In this document: positions 18,074 through 26,937 of the stretch, one piece after another
How positions within the stretch are numbered: the first letter of the stretch is position 1
Layout of the letters: each line of letters begins with the position of its first letter
IMG/VR virus record: IMGVR_UViG_3300013296_000001
Span: 4,211 to 68,210 of that record
Direction: 5' to 3' (one strand)
DNA: 64,000 bases
Source: a virus
Program-made: the position numbers and the translations under genes
Notes under the pieces: generated by a model
Database searches by the model: none
Told to the model about the DNA's origin: nothing
What the model saw: only the letters and a program-made list of their open reading frames with translations

Positions 18074-18802
18074 ATGGCCGTTGCGAACACCACTCGGGTT
18101 GGTACGGGTTACTCCTCCGCGGATCAGGTGGTTGTCCCAGACTCCCTTAAGTTCGTCGGCCGGACCCTGAACCACTATTGGTACACCGAACGGGTTTCCT
18201 CCGATCACGCTTGGATCGACAGCGGCAACCGCGTTCGGGTTACCTACCTAGACGAAAACGAGATGCCCCGCTCGAAGTCGTTCTACACCGACGATAACGA
18301 TTATGTCTTCGAGAACGACGCCACACCCGAGATGATGGAACGTGCCCGGCGGGTTATCCAGGTAGTCAACGGGCTGCAAAGCGTCATCCACGGCTACCGT
18401 AACGAGGAACGGCAGAATAGGGAAGTTCGGCAGGGGGATACGGTCGAAGTGTACAAAGGGCGGAAGGCACCGAAGGGTCGGTACGAAATCGTAGCGATGG
18501 GTAACGGCAACTACGGACCGTACTACAATCTGCGGGATGCCTCCGGCAAGTGGTACAGCTACATCAGCGTTGACAACTGCCGCAAGGTGGATGTGGCCCC
18601 TGCGAACGTCGAAGCGTCCTGCCCCGATGAAGAGGCTTTCATTCGTGCCCTAATCGTCAAGCTTGATGATATGGCTACGATTGGTGCCTACGCTGACTGG
18701 CTGACCGAAAACGGGGAAGAGGATGGCGAAATCCTCTCTCAGTGGGTCAATGCTGGTTGCCCGCAGCTGCCGAGCATTGCTGACCTGGACCACAAGAGCT
18801 AA
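18074..18802 (+). CDS. Early protein with C-terminal TIGR02996-type domain
   Basis: DEEAFIRALIVKLDDMATIGAYADWLTENGE resembles the E.all.aI...PdDd..rlvYADWL.E.G consensus. Confidence 0.7.
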   Translation: MAVANTTRVGTGYSSADQVVVPDSLKFVGRTLNHYWYTERVSSDHAWIDSGNRVRVTYLDENEMPRSKSFYTDDNDYVFENDATPEMMERARRVIQVVNGLQSVIHGYRNEERQNREVRQGDTVEVYKGRKAPKGRYEIVAMGNGNYGPYYNLRDASGKWYSYISVDNCRKVDVAPANVEASCPDEEAFIRALIVKLDDMATIGAYADWLTENGEEDGEILSQWVNAGCPQLPSIADLDHKS

Positions 18803-18820
18803 ACCGATCGACAGCAAACC

Positions 18821-18845
18821 ACCCCGGCTAACCACCGGGGTTTTT
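18821..18845 (+). terminator. Intrinsic terminator at the convergence of the early and glyco operons
   Basis: ACCCCGG/CCGGGGT stem plus TTTT. Confidence 0.75.
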
Positions 18846-18848
18846 CGT

Positions 18849-19652
18849 TTACCCCTTCTCTCCCTCGAATTGGTCCCGTCCTTCCTTCCTGAGCCTCTGC
18901 CTCTTCTCCCAGATATTGCCGACCATCGCCGCCCGCTTGCCCGATTCTGGTGGCACTGTGCCGTCAGCGTAGGGGGTTGCTCGTCCGCACCAGTTGGCGC
19001 CAGCCGGTCCCATGTGCAGCACTTCAAACGGGGGGCGTACCTTTCTCTCCCGTGGCCACTTCGCCTGAAAGAAGCTATCTGCCCCTCCGGCCGTTTTCCA
19101 AGTAATGTCGTGCCACGGGGGCGGACCTAGAACGGGATCGCTGGCGTGGAATATCTGAGTGTACCCTGCCCACTCCGCAATATTCTTATGAATCGGGTAC
19201 TTGCTCCATTCCGACTCGGGTGGAATTTGATCAAAATTCTGTGGTACGGTGTGGTACATTCGTCTAAGTGGGGAGTACAACATTCCCGGCAAGAACGCAC
19301 ATCCGTTGATGACAAACTCGCAGATATTAGGTCGACCAGGAATGAATACCTCTAGATTTTTCGGCCACAATACATCAGCATCCATGACGCATAGCCACCC
19401 CTTACGTCCTATGCAGTCTAGCCCGAATTCCATCGCCGGCCACTTCGCAAACACGTCTCCCTTGCGAGCGTAGAACAAGTCCGTAACAATCACATCCGCA
19501 TTGTTCGCTTCGCAGATTGGCTTGACATTCGGGGCGTCAGCCGTGGATGTGATGACCGTTACTGTATCGAAGTGCGATCTATTCCAAGGTAACGACAATT
19601 TCAGGCAGTCCGTGTAGTCTACGGACACGAGCACGGCTCTAAGTCCCATCAC
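18849..19652 (-). CDS. Glycosyltransferase (GT-A fold)
   Basis: WLCVMDADV DXD motif; C-terminal FEVLHMG. Confidence 0.7.
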   Translation of the reverse strand: MMGLRAVLVSVDYTDCLKLSLPWNRSHFDTVTVITSTADAPNVKPICEANNADVIVTDLFYARKGDVFAKWPAMEFGLDCIGRKGWLCVMDADVLWPKNLEVFIPGRPNICEFVINGCAFLPGMLYSPLRRMYHTVPQNFDQIPPESEWSKYPIHKNIAEWAGYTQIFHASDPVLGPPPWHDITWKTAGGADSFFQAKWPRERKVRPPFEVLHMGPAGANWCGRATPYADGTVPPESGKRAAMVGNIWEKRQRLRKEGRDQFEGEKG

Positions 19653-20443
19653 TCACCCCCGTACAGACTGAGTTGCGGTTTCTTCGTGTGGTAAGCGTGC
19701 AATACCTCAGACCAAAACTTACCCATGATACGGCCCGTCTCCGACACCTTCTGAACGACTCTACCATCTGGCGGATTCCAATGGCCGCACACCCGACACA
19801 GGATCGTAGCCTGACCCAGCATGGCGTTCCATGTCACGTCTTTCAGCGACATCACCCCGATATCGTACCCTGCCACTCGTGCGATACTCGCCCCGGCTCC
19901 ATCGAGAAAGTACCCGTGTCGTGTCAAGCCGATGCCGCACCCACGAATAGCGAAGATACCGCACGGTGGCAGGATACCGACTTTCGGGTTACGGTCTACC
20001 GGCACTATCCGTGTGTTCGTGAACCAGTCCGGCGTAATACCCTTTGTCTTCGGCCCTTCTACGTGAACGTTCCATCCGGCCCGTGTGAGCCAGTCCTTCT
20101 CTCGTGCCCACTTCCCCCGACCGTTGCTCAGCACTTGGAGGAACACTTTCGGGAAGCGTGCTGTGTATCGTGCGATCTCGGCGGCAATCTCGTGTAACTG
20201 CGGGTGGAGTGTCGGCTCACCCCCCAGAATACGGATACGCTCCCATTCCCAATCCAACTCTAGTGACTCGTCTACGAATCGAGCGACTTGAGCGACTGTC
20301 ATATTCGGGGCGGTCGTTACGTCACTGAACCGGTCGCAGCCAAAGCAATCGAGATCGCAAATCGAATTTACTTCGATCTCTACATGTTTAAATCTTTCCC
20401 CTGGGTCTCTAGGGTAGAAGTCTGGTAGTGGCAGACTGATCAT
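19649..20443 (-). CDS. Radical SAM protein
   Basis: CDLDCFGC (CxxxCxxC), ILGGEPTLHP, VLSNG, C-terminal SPASM-like cysteines. Confidence 0.88.
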   Translation of the reverse strand: MISLPLPDFYPRDPGERFKHVEIEVNSICDLDCFGCDRFSDVTTAPNMTVAQVARFVDESLELDWEWERIRILGGEPTLHPQLHEIAAEIARYTARFPKVFLQVLSNGRGKWAREKDWLTRAGWNVHVEGPKTKGITPDWFTNTRIVPVDRNPKVGILPPCGIFAIRGCGIGLTRHGYFLDGAGASIARVAGYDIGVMSLKDVTWNAMLGQATILCRVCGHWNPPDGRVVQKVSETGRIMGKFWSEVLHAYHTKKPQLSLYGGE

Positions 20444-21084
20444 TTACGTCTCCTACTAACTGAATGCGTTCCAAGCTTTTTAGTTAATGACTCTTCTACG
20501 GACATACCTCGTGCCAACCTTCCAAATAATGTTACATACTTGATACCTAACTCTTCAGCCCACTCTATTGCTAACTGCTTTCTACCGTTAAAGGTTAGAA
20601 ATAGGTTGTTTCTTCTATTTCTTGCTTGTTCCTCTGCCGTAGCCCATCTCACATTTCCAGGCTCATAGTTACCATCATTATTCGGCCATCTATCAAGAGA
20701 ATAGAGAAGCGATGGTCTATATCCCATATCTCTTAAGAAAGTCTTGAATTCTGTCCACTGCGGAGCAACCGTAATACCTACTGATCCATACATCCAATAG
20801 AGTTTGTTAGTCGGGTTGTTACATCTAGCTAACATAGACCGCCAGCAAGTATACGTTGGGGTTCCATATTCGCCGTGTTTGATCTTCCATGCACTTTCTT
20901 TTATCAAACATCCACAACTCTTTACACCACCTTTAAGTAAACTTCCTGTGCTTGCCTTATGCGTACCTCCACATACACAGTCGCACAGCATAAGCCGATA
21001 CCCACCGGGGGCTACTCCTATGTCTTGTCTCACTGTTAGTCTGTGAAACTTATCTCCAGGCTTCACTTTTGGTTTAGCTGGCAT
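20440..21084 (-). CDS. HNH homing endonuclease
   Basis: RLTV...CDCVCG...KSCGC...WRSMLARC...SLDR..NNDGNYEPGNVRWAT; AT-rich. Confidence 0.9.
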   Translation of the reverse strand: MPAKPKVKPGDKFHRLTVRQDIGVAPGGYRLMLCDCVCGGTHKASTGSLLKGGVKSCGCLIKESAWKIKHGEYGTPTYTCWRSMLARCNNPTNKLYWMYGSVGITVAPQWTEFKTFLRDMGYRPSLLYSLDRWPNNDGNYEPGNVRWATAEEQARNRRNNLFLTFNGRKQLAIEWAEELGIKYVTLFGRLARGMSVEESLTKKLGTHSVSRRRK

Positions 21085-21175
21085 ACATACCTCGGTTTAC
21101 CTCTAGCTCTATATGTTTGAACCTCTCGCCAGGGTCAGATGGGTAGTCGGGCGGTAGTGTTATCAGTGGGACCAT
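21074..21175 (-). pseudogene. Stranded duplicate of the radical SAM 5' end (33 aa)
   Basis: Hand translation MVPLITLPPDYPSDPGERFKHIELEVNRGMYAS*, versus MISLPLPDFYPRDPGERFKHVEIEVNSICD at 20443. Confidence 0.85.
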
Positions 21176-21207
21176 ATATCTCTCGATGGGGAAATTTTGA
21201 TCAAAAT

Positions 21208-21963
21208 TTACGGTATTGGAATTACACCCACACCGCAGCTTCTACCGTACCAGTGTCTCAACCACGACTCGTGAGCCGTCTTACAGTCTATTCCCTTACT
21301 CTGTCTCTCTAATGCGGGGAGTACATCTGTCGATCCGTCAATAATGGTGTAACTGTCCTTATACTCTCTCCGCAACACGTTCCATGCCTCTTTCGGTCCG
21401 GGGAAGTCTGTGATATCGTGCAGAAAGATGACGCCACCGCTCCGCACCATCGGACGATAAGTATTGAAGTCCTCTAGAAACTTCGACTTGTCCCCGTCGA
21501 TGAACAGACAGTCGATACCACCGTAGTTGTCAGACACGACACGAACCATGTCTACAAACTCTCTCTGTCTACTATCTCTCCCCCATACGAATTGAATGTT
21601 AGGAAAGGCTCTCTCGAATAGCCGGCTGTACGGCGTTCCTCGAATCTCACATCCGATCACCAATTCAACTTTACCGACTGACCGACACCAGTGATACAGT
21701 CCACCCGACTTATCCGCCCCAATCTCCATGACGACTTTCGGACGCACAGCACTTCTCACACCTGCCGCGGCAAACATACGTACCATCTCGGCCGGACGCT
21801 GAAGAGGGAACATCAGCGGACTATTAATTACCGGTTGATAGACTGACAGTCCGTCTGGTAGACTCTTACACTCCTCTAGCACTCGTTCAATTTCCTCACA
21901 CATTCCAACGGGGAAGTCGGACTTATCTACGGTTCTCTGAATCATACTTGTCCTTTGTGCCAT
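21208..21963 (-). CDS. Class I SAM-dependent methyltransferase (Methyltransf_24-like)
   Basis: VMEIGADKSG...IDCLFIDGDK...GGVIFLHDI. Confidence 0.82.
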   Translation of the reverse strand: MAQRTSMIQRTVDKSDFPVGMCEEIERVLEECKSLPDGLSVYQPVINSPLMFPLQRPAEMVRMFAAAGVRSAVRPKVVMEIGADKSGGLYHWCRSVGKVELVIGCEIRGTPYSRLFERAFPNIQFVWGRDSRQREFVDMVRVVSDNYGGIDCLFIDGDKSKFLEDFNTYRPMVRSGGVIFLHDITDFPGPKEAWNVLRREYKDSYTIIDGSTDVLPALERQSKGIDCKTAHESWLRHWYGRSCGVGVIPIP

Positions 21964-21980
21964 AATTTTGATCAAAATTT

Positions 21981-22931
21981 CTACGCACCATTTTGAAGAT
22001 ATCTCACTACATTCCCTAAACGCTCTCCTAACTGAGATTCAACCGTCACCAACTCTACACGTCTACCCTTACGCTTCGGTTGGTATATCGACTGATGAGT
22101 TGCCGACACTTGCTCTACACCGTCTGCCGACTGTGATAGCTCTCCGTGTCCTCTCAATGGCACCCCACACGAATGACAAGCTTGACGCACTTGGTCCGTA
22201 AAAGAGTGCATTCCGAGTTGCCACCACTTCTGACCGTGGCCATTAACAAAATCGACTGGATAGCCTAAATCTGGGTAACTCGGATCGTGCTGGTATAACC
22301 CCGCAAAGCTCGCGGCTATCTCACAAAAAAATGCTCTGGCTTGTCCTCGAAACTGGATGATTCCGGCACTCCAACCCCTGTTGATATCACAGTTACTAAT
22401 CAGTTCCCACCGTCGCCCCTCATCAGCAATCACATCTTTCATGGCTACTAATACCGGAGCGTGCCGGCTATCTCTATCGTGGCCGAATGGCATTGATTCC
22501 GGCCAGTCGCGCTTAAATTCGGCGTAGGCTTCCTTGTCGAGATGGCAATTAAGATTGCTATAGCGGGGATTAAACGTATCCCTCATCAATTTACCTTTAC
22601 CTCTAGGACTATTACACCATAAACCACGTCGTTCAAAAGGGATGTACTTTTTCAGAATCTCGCAGTATTCCCCGAAGTACGTCGAGACTGCCGGATTCCC
22701 TCCCATAGTACCCACGACTCCAAAATAGTTTTGCAAACTGATAACTGATTTCTCGAAGTTATCAGGGGTCATAAACTCTATTTTGCCGGCTAGTTGAGAC
22801 GACTGGGTACAATTTGCGCAAGACTGGTCACACCCACGAGTCACTAGTATTTGAATTACACCAGCAAGCCATTTCGTCTCTCTCCGTTGTCCCGGACCAA
22901 TCATCTTTGAGAGACAAGTTTTTTCGTCCAT
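21981..22931 (-). CDS. Radical SAM protein
   Basis: VTRGCDQSCANC, TMGGNP, C-terminal CHSC. Confidence 0.85.
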   Translation of the reverse strand: MDEKTCLSKMIGPGQRRETKWLAGVIQILVTRGCDQSCANCTQSSQLAGKIEFMTPDNFEKSVISLQNYFGVVGTMGGNPAVSTYFGEYCEILKKYIPFERRGLWCNSPRGKGKLMRDTFNPRYSNLNCHLDKEAYAEFKRDWPESMPFGHDRDSRHAPVLVAMKDVIADEGRRWELISNCDINRGWSAGIIQFRGQARAFFCEIAASFAGLYQHDPSYPDLGYPVDFVNGHGQKWWQLGMHSFTDQVRQACHSCGVPLRGHGELSQSADGVEQVSATHQSIYQPKRKGRRVELVTVESQLGERLGNVVRYLQNGA

Positions 22932-23557
22932 TGTGATTTTCCTTTTACTGGTGTGGTTAAAGTCCGCTCTGCTGTCCAACCTCGGTCGAGTCTATACATT
23001 AACGTCATCGGGTGTATTCCAAGTTCTCTAGCCCAGAACGTAATACACTGAGTTCTTCCCTTATATGTGACGTTCCTGTTAGTCCGTCTATTAGTGTCTT
23101 GTTCTATCTTAGTAGCCCATCTGCAATTTGACGGCTCATAATCACCATCGTTATTCACCCTGTCTATGCTGTGTTTAGGCGACGGGCGTGGTCCCATATC
23201 CTTATAGAAATTCTCGAACTTCAACCATCTCTCACAAACTTTAATACCTCTACCGCCATAGTTATGATGCCCTTTCCCTTCTCTATTACTACATCTAGCA
23301 ATCATACAAGTCCAGATTCTATACTCTGGTGTTCCGTTTCTCGACATCCCGTGTGTAGTGTTAGCTTCTCTAGATAAACACCCACAACTAACAGTATTAC
23401 CAGACGCCAGATGTGACCCGACTACTGTTGTCAATTTTCCGCAGATACATCTACATTCCCATAAACGATTTCTAAAACGGCTTAGTCCAACGTACCGTAG
23501 TACAGTTAGCCTCCCGAATCTATCTTTGGCTTTCACAGGCGAAGTTTTATTAGCCAT
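22901..23557 (-). CDS. HNH homing endonuclease (paralogue of 20440-21084)
   Basis: RFGRLTV...CRCICG...SCGC...WTCMIARC...YGGRGIKVCERW...SIDRVNNDGDYEPSNCRWAT. Confidence 0.92.
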   Translation of the reverse strand: MANKTSPVKAKDRFGRLTVLRYVGLSRFRNRLWECRCICGKLTTVVGSHLASGNTVSCGCLSREANTTHGMSRNGTPEYRIWTCMIARCSNREGKGHHNYGGRGIKVCERWLKFENFYKDMGPRPSPKHSIDRVNNDGDYEPSNCRWATKIEQDTNRRTNRNVTYKGRTQCITFWARELGIHPMTLMYRLDRGWTAERTLTTPVKGKSQWTKKLVSQR

Positions 23558-23595
23558 TCCTTGTCTCCGCACTAGAATTTTGATCAAAACTTACA

Positions 23596-24117
23596 CTACT
23601 TCGTTGCTGCTAATGCCATGTCAAATCCCGTCGCAATCTGTGTGTATTGCTCCGATGTTATGTCCGTCCACGTCGCTCCGCTTGTCGGCAGCATGAGGTT
23701 ATTCGGTAGGTTACTGTGCCCTAGCCCTATCGCGTGACATATCTCGTGTGCGGCATCTCGAATTGTGAATGCCAACTGTTCCGGCGTATTCCCGAACCAC
23801 CGGCACAGTGCTAGTTTCTCGAATATGTCTACCCCCGGCATCAGGAATGAGGATTGAACTGCTGTACCGTCATACCCACCGGGCAAGTTCGGCAGGAACC
23901 GCAAGACACCGTACTTCCTCATAGACCCATTCGGGCGCTGTGTCGTTAGACAGAAGTTACCGGCCTTGAGTATCTTTAGCACCCCATTCATCAGGTCGCT
24001 AGCCTGCATGATTGTGATAGGATTCTCGAATAAACACACTACGTTAAACCCGCCTCCCCATCCTACACCCATTTGCGGCAGAGGTTCGTACACTCGGTTA
24101 GGGTCGATGTTCGCCAT
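23596..24117 (-). CDS. Zinc metallopeptidase (metzincin/matrixin-like)
   Basis: HEICHAIGLGH (HExxHxxGxxH) followed by Met-turn NLMLP. Confidence 0.85.
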   Translation of the reverse strand: MANIDPNRVYEPLPQMGVGWGGGFNVVCLFENPITIMQASDLMNGVLKILKAGNFCLTTQRPNGSMRKYGVLRFLPNLPGGYDGTAVQSSFLMPGVDIFEKLALCRWFGNTPEQLAFTIRDAAHEICHAIGLGHSNLPNNLMLPTSGATWTDITSEQYTQIATGFDMALAATK

Positions 24118-24167
24118 ACCGCACTTATACCTTTCATAAATTTTGATCAAAATTCTGCAATACTTCT

Positions 24168-24740
24168 CTAGTCATCTATTCTACCTAACAAAACTGCCTG
24201 ATGAGCATCCGTATGCTCTTGAAACTCCGACCACTTGACCCACTCACGTCTGACGAATCCCTCCCCCTCTCCAGACCATAGTTTCGATATTACCCACCCT
24301 TTGACACCCGCCGCCAGATGGAAGAATTCTTTCGGTGTGTACTCTCGGCAGTGGTAGCCGTTGGCCGCGTGGGACACGTTAAAATTGGGTGTCGTGAGTA
24401 ACACGTACTTCCGTGCGATGCGGCACATCTCATTCAAGAAATCCACGTCTTCTACCACATGCTCTAACACATCGAACGCTGTCACCGAATCGAACGACTG
24501 GTCACGGATCACCGTCAGATTGGCACAGATTTCAACCGGTAGACCAAATGCAACGTCCTGAGTCATACACAGCGGAATCCGGTTCTTCGACAGTGCTAAC
24601 CCTGCCCCCACGTCCAATACCGCCCCCAGATGCAACTCGGTTGCTAGTACATGCCACCCCCGCTGACAGTCTTCCCTTCCTTCAGTATCACTGTGGTACG
24701 TCACGTCTCGGAAGTGCGGCTTTGCAGGCTTACTTTGCAT
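24168..24740 (-). CDS. Class I SAM-dependent methyltransferase
   Basis: VLDVGAG...FDSVTAFDVLEHV...LLTTPN. Confidence 0.85.
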   Translation of the reverse strand: MQSKPAKPHFRDVTYHSDTEGREDCQRGWHVLATELHLGAVLDVGAGLALSKNRIPLCMTQDVAFGLPVEICANLTVIRDQSFDSVTAFDVLEHVVEDVDFLNEMCRIARKYVLLTTPNFNVSHAANGYHCREYTPKEFFHLAAGVKGWVISKLWSGEGEGFVRREWVKWSEFQEHTDAHQAVLLGRIDD

Positions 24741-25518
24741 CGACGATTACCCCCGACTTCTGGTTCTCGTAATGGGCTTCATGTAGCAGACGATAGATCA
24801 ACGTCCCTTGTAACGACGATCCCGACCGCATCACCCCTTCCATCTGGCTAGGGAAGTTATGTGACATCCAGGAGTAATTCAGCCCGAACGCAATCGTGTT
24901 ACCGTCTACGTGTCGCCACCAGTTTTCACACAGATCGAAGTATTGATACACGTTGCTATCAATATCGACCGGCATGAACGTTTCTATAGGTATCTGCCAT
25001 GACGACTTACTAGACGGTGACATATTGACTAGTAGCGTTAGTATCTTCTCCCCCAGATCACCCCAACCAATATTCTCACTGTTCTCCAGAGCGTCACAGA
25101 CGAAGTTGTACCACTGCTTTGCAATCGGGTGCCGTGGTGGGGAGTACACGTATCCAGCAATTACCCTCTCGCCACCAGTCGGCCACCGACTATAGAGGAA
25201 TTGTTTCGGGTCGTGACGATTTTTGATCAAATCTCCGGGGTTGCGAAGACACACGGTATCAGCATCACACCACAGTCCGCCAAACTCGTATAGCAGTGCA
25301 GCCCGGAGACAATCAGTCCCTACCCCCGGCGGCAAGTCGAGCCACCGTTTCGGTAGCCATCGTTTCACCCACGAATCTACTACTGTTGCCTCACTGGCAA
25401 TCGTATCGGGCGTCAGTAGGTGAAACTTGGTTGTACCGTTACAGCATCGCGCAATGCTTTTTAAACACACGTCAATCCACTCGGGTTTATTCCCTGACCA
25501 ATAAGAATAGACGTTCAC
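24730..25518 (-). CDS. Glycosyltransferase, GT32/capsular polysaccharide synthesis type
   Basis: YSYWSG...DCLRAALLYEFGGLWCDAD. Confidence 0.85.
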   Translation of the reverse strand: MNVYSYWSGNKPEWIDVCLKSIARCCNGTTKFHLLTPDTIASEATVVDSWVKRWLPKRWLDLPPGVGTDCLRAALLYEFGGLWCDADTVCLRNPGDLIKNRHDPKQFLYSRWPTGGERVIAGYVYSPPRHPIAKQWYNFVCDALENSENIGWGDLGEKILTLLVNMSPSSKSSWQIPIETFMPVDIDSNVYQYFDLCENWWRHVDGNTIAFGLNYSWMSHNFPSQMEGVMRSGSSLQGTLIYRLLHEAHYENQKSGVIVDAK

Positions 25519-26597
25519 GACTGCCCTCCGTTATAGGACTGACGTAGTGTCTCGATTGCACCCGCCAACCGTATACCTTCCGTCCGGTAGTCGTACCGTG
25601 CCTTTGCCACTTCGGCGAGTGCTGCTTGTCGTTCGGGGTTGTACGACGTGATGAGATTTTTGATCAAACTTCCCATCTCTCCCGTACTGATGTCACTTGA
25701 CACTCTCACCAAGTTCTCGTCAATCCCCGGCAGCGTTTCGTCCGACGGAAGGTTAGTCACGACAATACACCCACACGCCGTTCCTTCCACTATCTTCCGA
25801 AGTGCGTAACCGTACACCGAACACGTACAGATAGCGACTTTATAGTGGCTCAATGTCGTTAGGTACTCCGGTGTGTAGCAATGGTTCCGGCCGTATCCGG
25901 GGTGTGGCAGTACGTCTACAATCCCCTTCAAGTCTCGTGTTGGTTCGTAGTGAGACGCCAGCAGCCGCATTCGCAACGGGTAAGCCTTGCTCACTGCCCC
26001 GCTCAACAATGCCTTATTAAATCGAGTCGCCTTGTATACCGGCACCAATTCTCTATTAACCGTGTGGTATGTCCGAACGATGTGCTCTTGCCGGACGTAG
26101 GGCGCCAGATGGCAGACGATACGAGGGTTGTAGTACGCTACCCATGCATGACACCCTATCTCACTGGCACTGTCACAGTGGTAAGCCGGGTTGTGTTGAG
26201 CGTCTTTCAGAATCGTGAACTTGAATACACTTTCTCTGGAAGAAAGTATATGGACATTCTGAAATCGTTCACTTGCATCGAATCCCGGGCCGGCTGTTTT
26301 GCCTTCATACTCTCGCTTGTCTTGTATCCCTAGTACGTCTGGGGTTAAGTGGTCTAGCACGTCCTTACAGTCGGTGAACTGGCATTCACCTATACCGTGC
26401 CCCGTGATGCCATATCCGCCTGACGCAAGAGCTAAAGCGATCTGCCATCCTTCGTCAGTCATGTGGGTAGACATCGACTTGACAGCCATAAACGTGCGGC
26501 GTTCTCCTGACGTGCCGGTGTACTTCGGAGCCGGTAGACGGGGCATCTGCACTTTAGGCAGTCGTCTAATCACGTCGTCAACGGTATCGATCTGCAT
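25515..26597 (-). CDS. Glycosyltransferase, GT-B/CgeB-like
   Basis: LLSGAV...YPLR...YLTTLSHYKVAIC...RKIVEGTACGCIVVTN. Confidence 0.7.
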   Translation of the reverse strand: MQIDTVDDVIRRLPKVQMPRLPAPKYTGTSGERRTFMAVKSMSTHMTDEGWQIALALASGGYGITGHGIGECQFTDCKDVLDHLTPDVLGIQDKREYEGKTAGPGFDASERFQNVHILSSRESVFKFTILKDAQHNPAYHCDSASEIGCHAWVAYYNPRIVCHLAPYVRQEHIVRTYHTVNRELVPVYKATRFNKALLSGAVSKAYPLRMRLLASHYEPTRDLKGIVDVLPHPGYGRNHCYTPEYLTTLSHYKVAICTCSVYGYALRKIVEGTACGCIVVTNLPSDETLPGIDENLVRVSSDISTGEMGSLIKNLITSYNPERQAALAEVAKARYDYRTEGIRLAGAIETLRQSYNGGQS

Positions 26598-26627
26598 ATC
26601 GTCCCTTTCTAAATTTTGATCAAAATT

Positions 26628-26924
26628 CTACTTCGATCGTGACGGATGGGACTTTGGCATCGGTCCTCTTAATAGTGCATCTTCTACTAATCTCGGAGCA
26701 TCTTGAACTGCTAATCCCGCGTCTCGTATAGCGATGTCGAGTTGGCAGACGGGGCAATCGTCTACATAGTCCCCGTTGTAGTGTTCACACCCTGACGACG
26801 TTTTCGATCGAATGTCGTCTATGTCTCTCGTCAGTTGGTTGACCTTCCTTCGTATCTCTCGGAACAGATCGGCTTGTTCATCTGTTAGGGTCTTAATGGC
26901 TGTGCCCTCTAGAATTTTGATCAA
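26628..26924 (-). CDS. Hypothetical protein (start uncertain)
   Basis: Fills the gap between two palindromes; CxH...CPVC. Confidence 0.5.
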   Translation of the reverse strand: MIKILEGTAIKTLTDEQADLFREIRRKVNQLTRDIDDIRSKTSSGCEHYNGDYVDDCPVCQLDIAIRDAGLAVQDAPRLVEDALLRGPMPKSHPSRSK

Positions 26925-26937
26925 AATTCTCGTTACC

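Noticed and set aside
11621-18845. Lysogeny module (integrase and repressor)
   Set aside because: No tyrosine or serine recombinase motifs and no CI-like repressor recognised in the window; lifestyle is undetermined.
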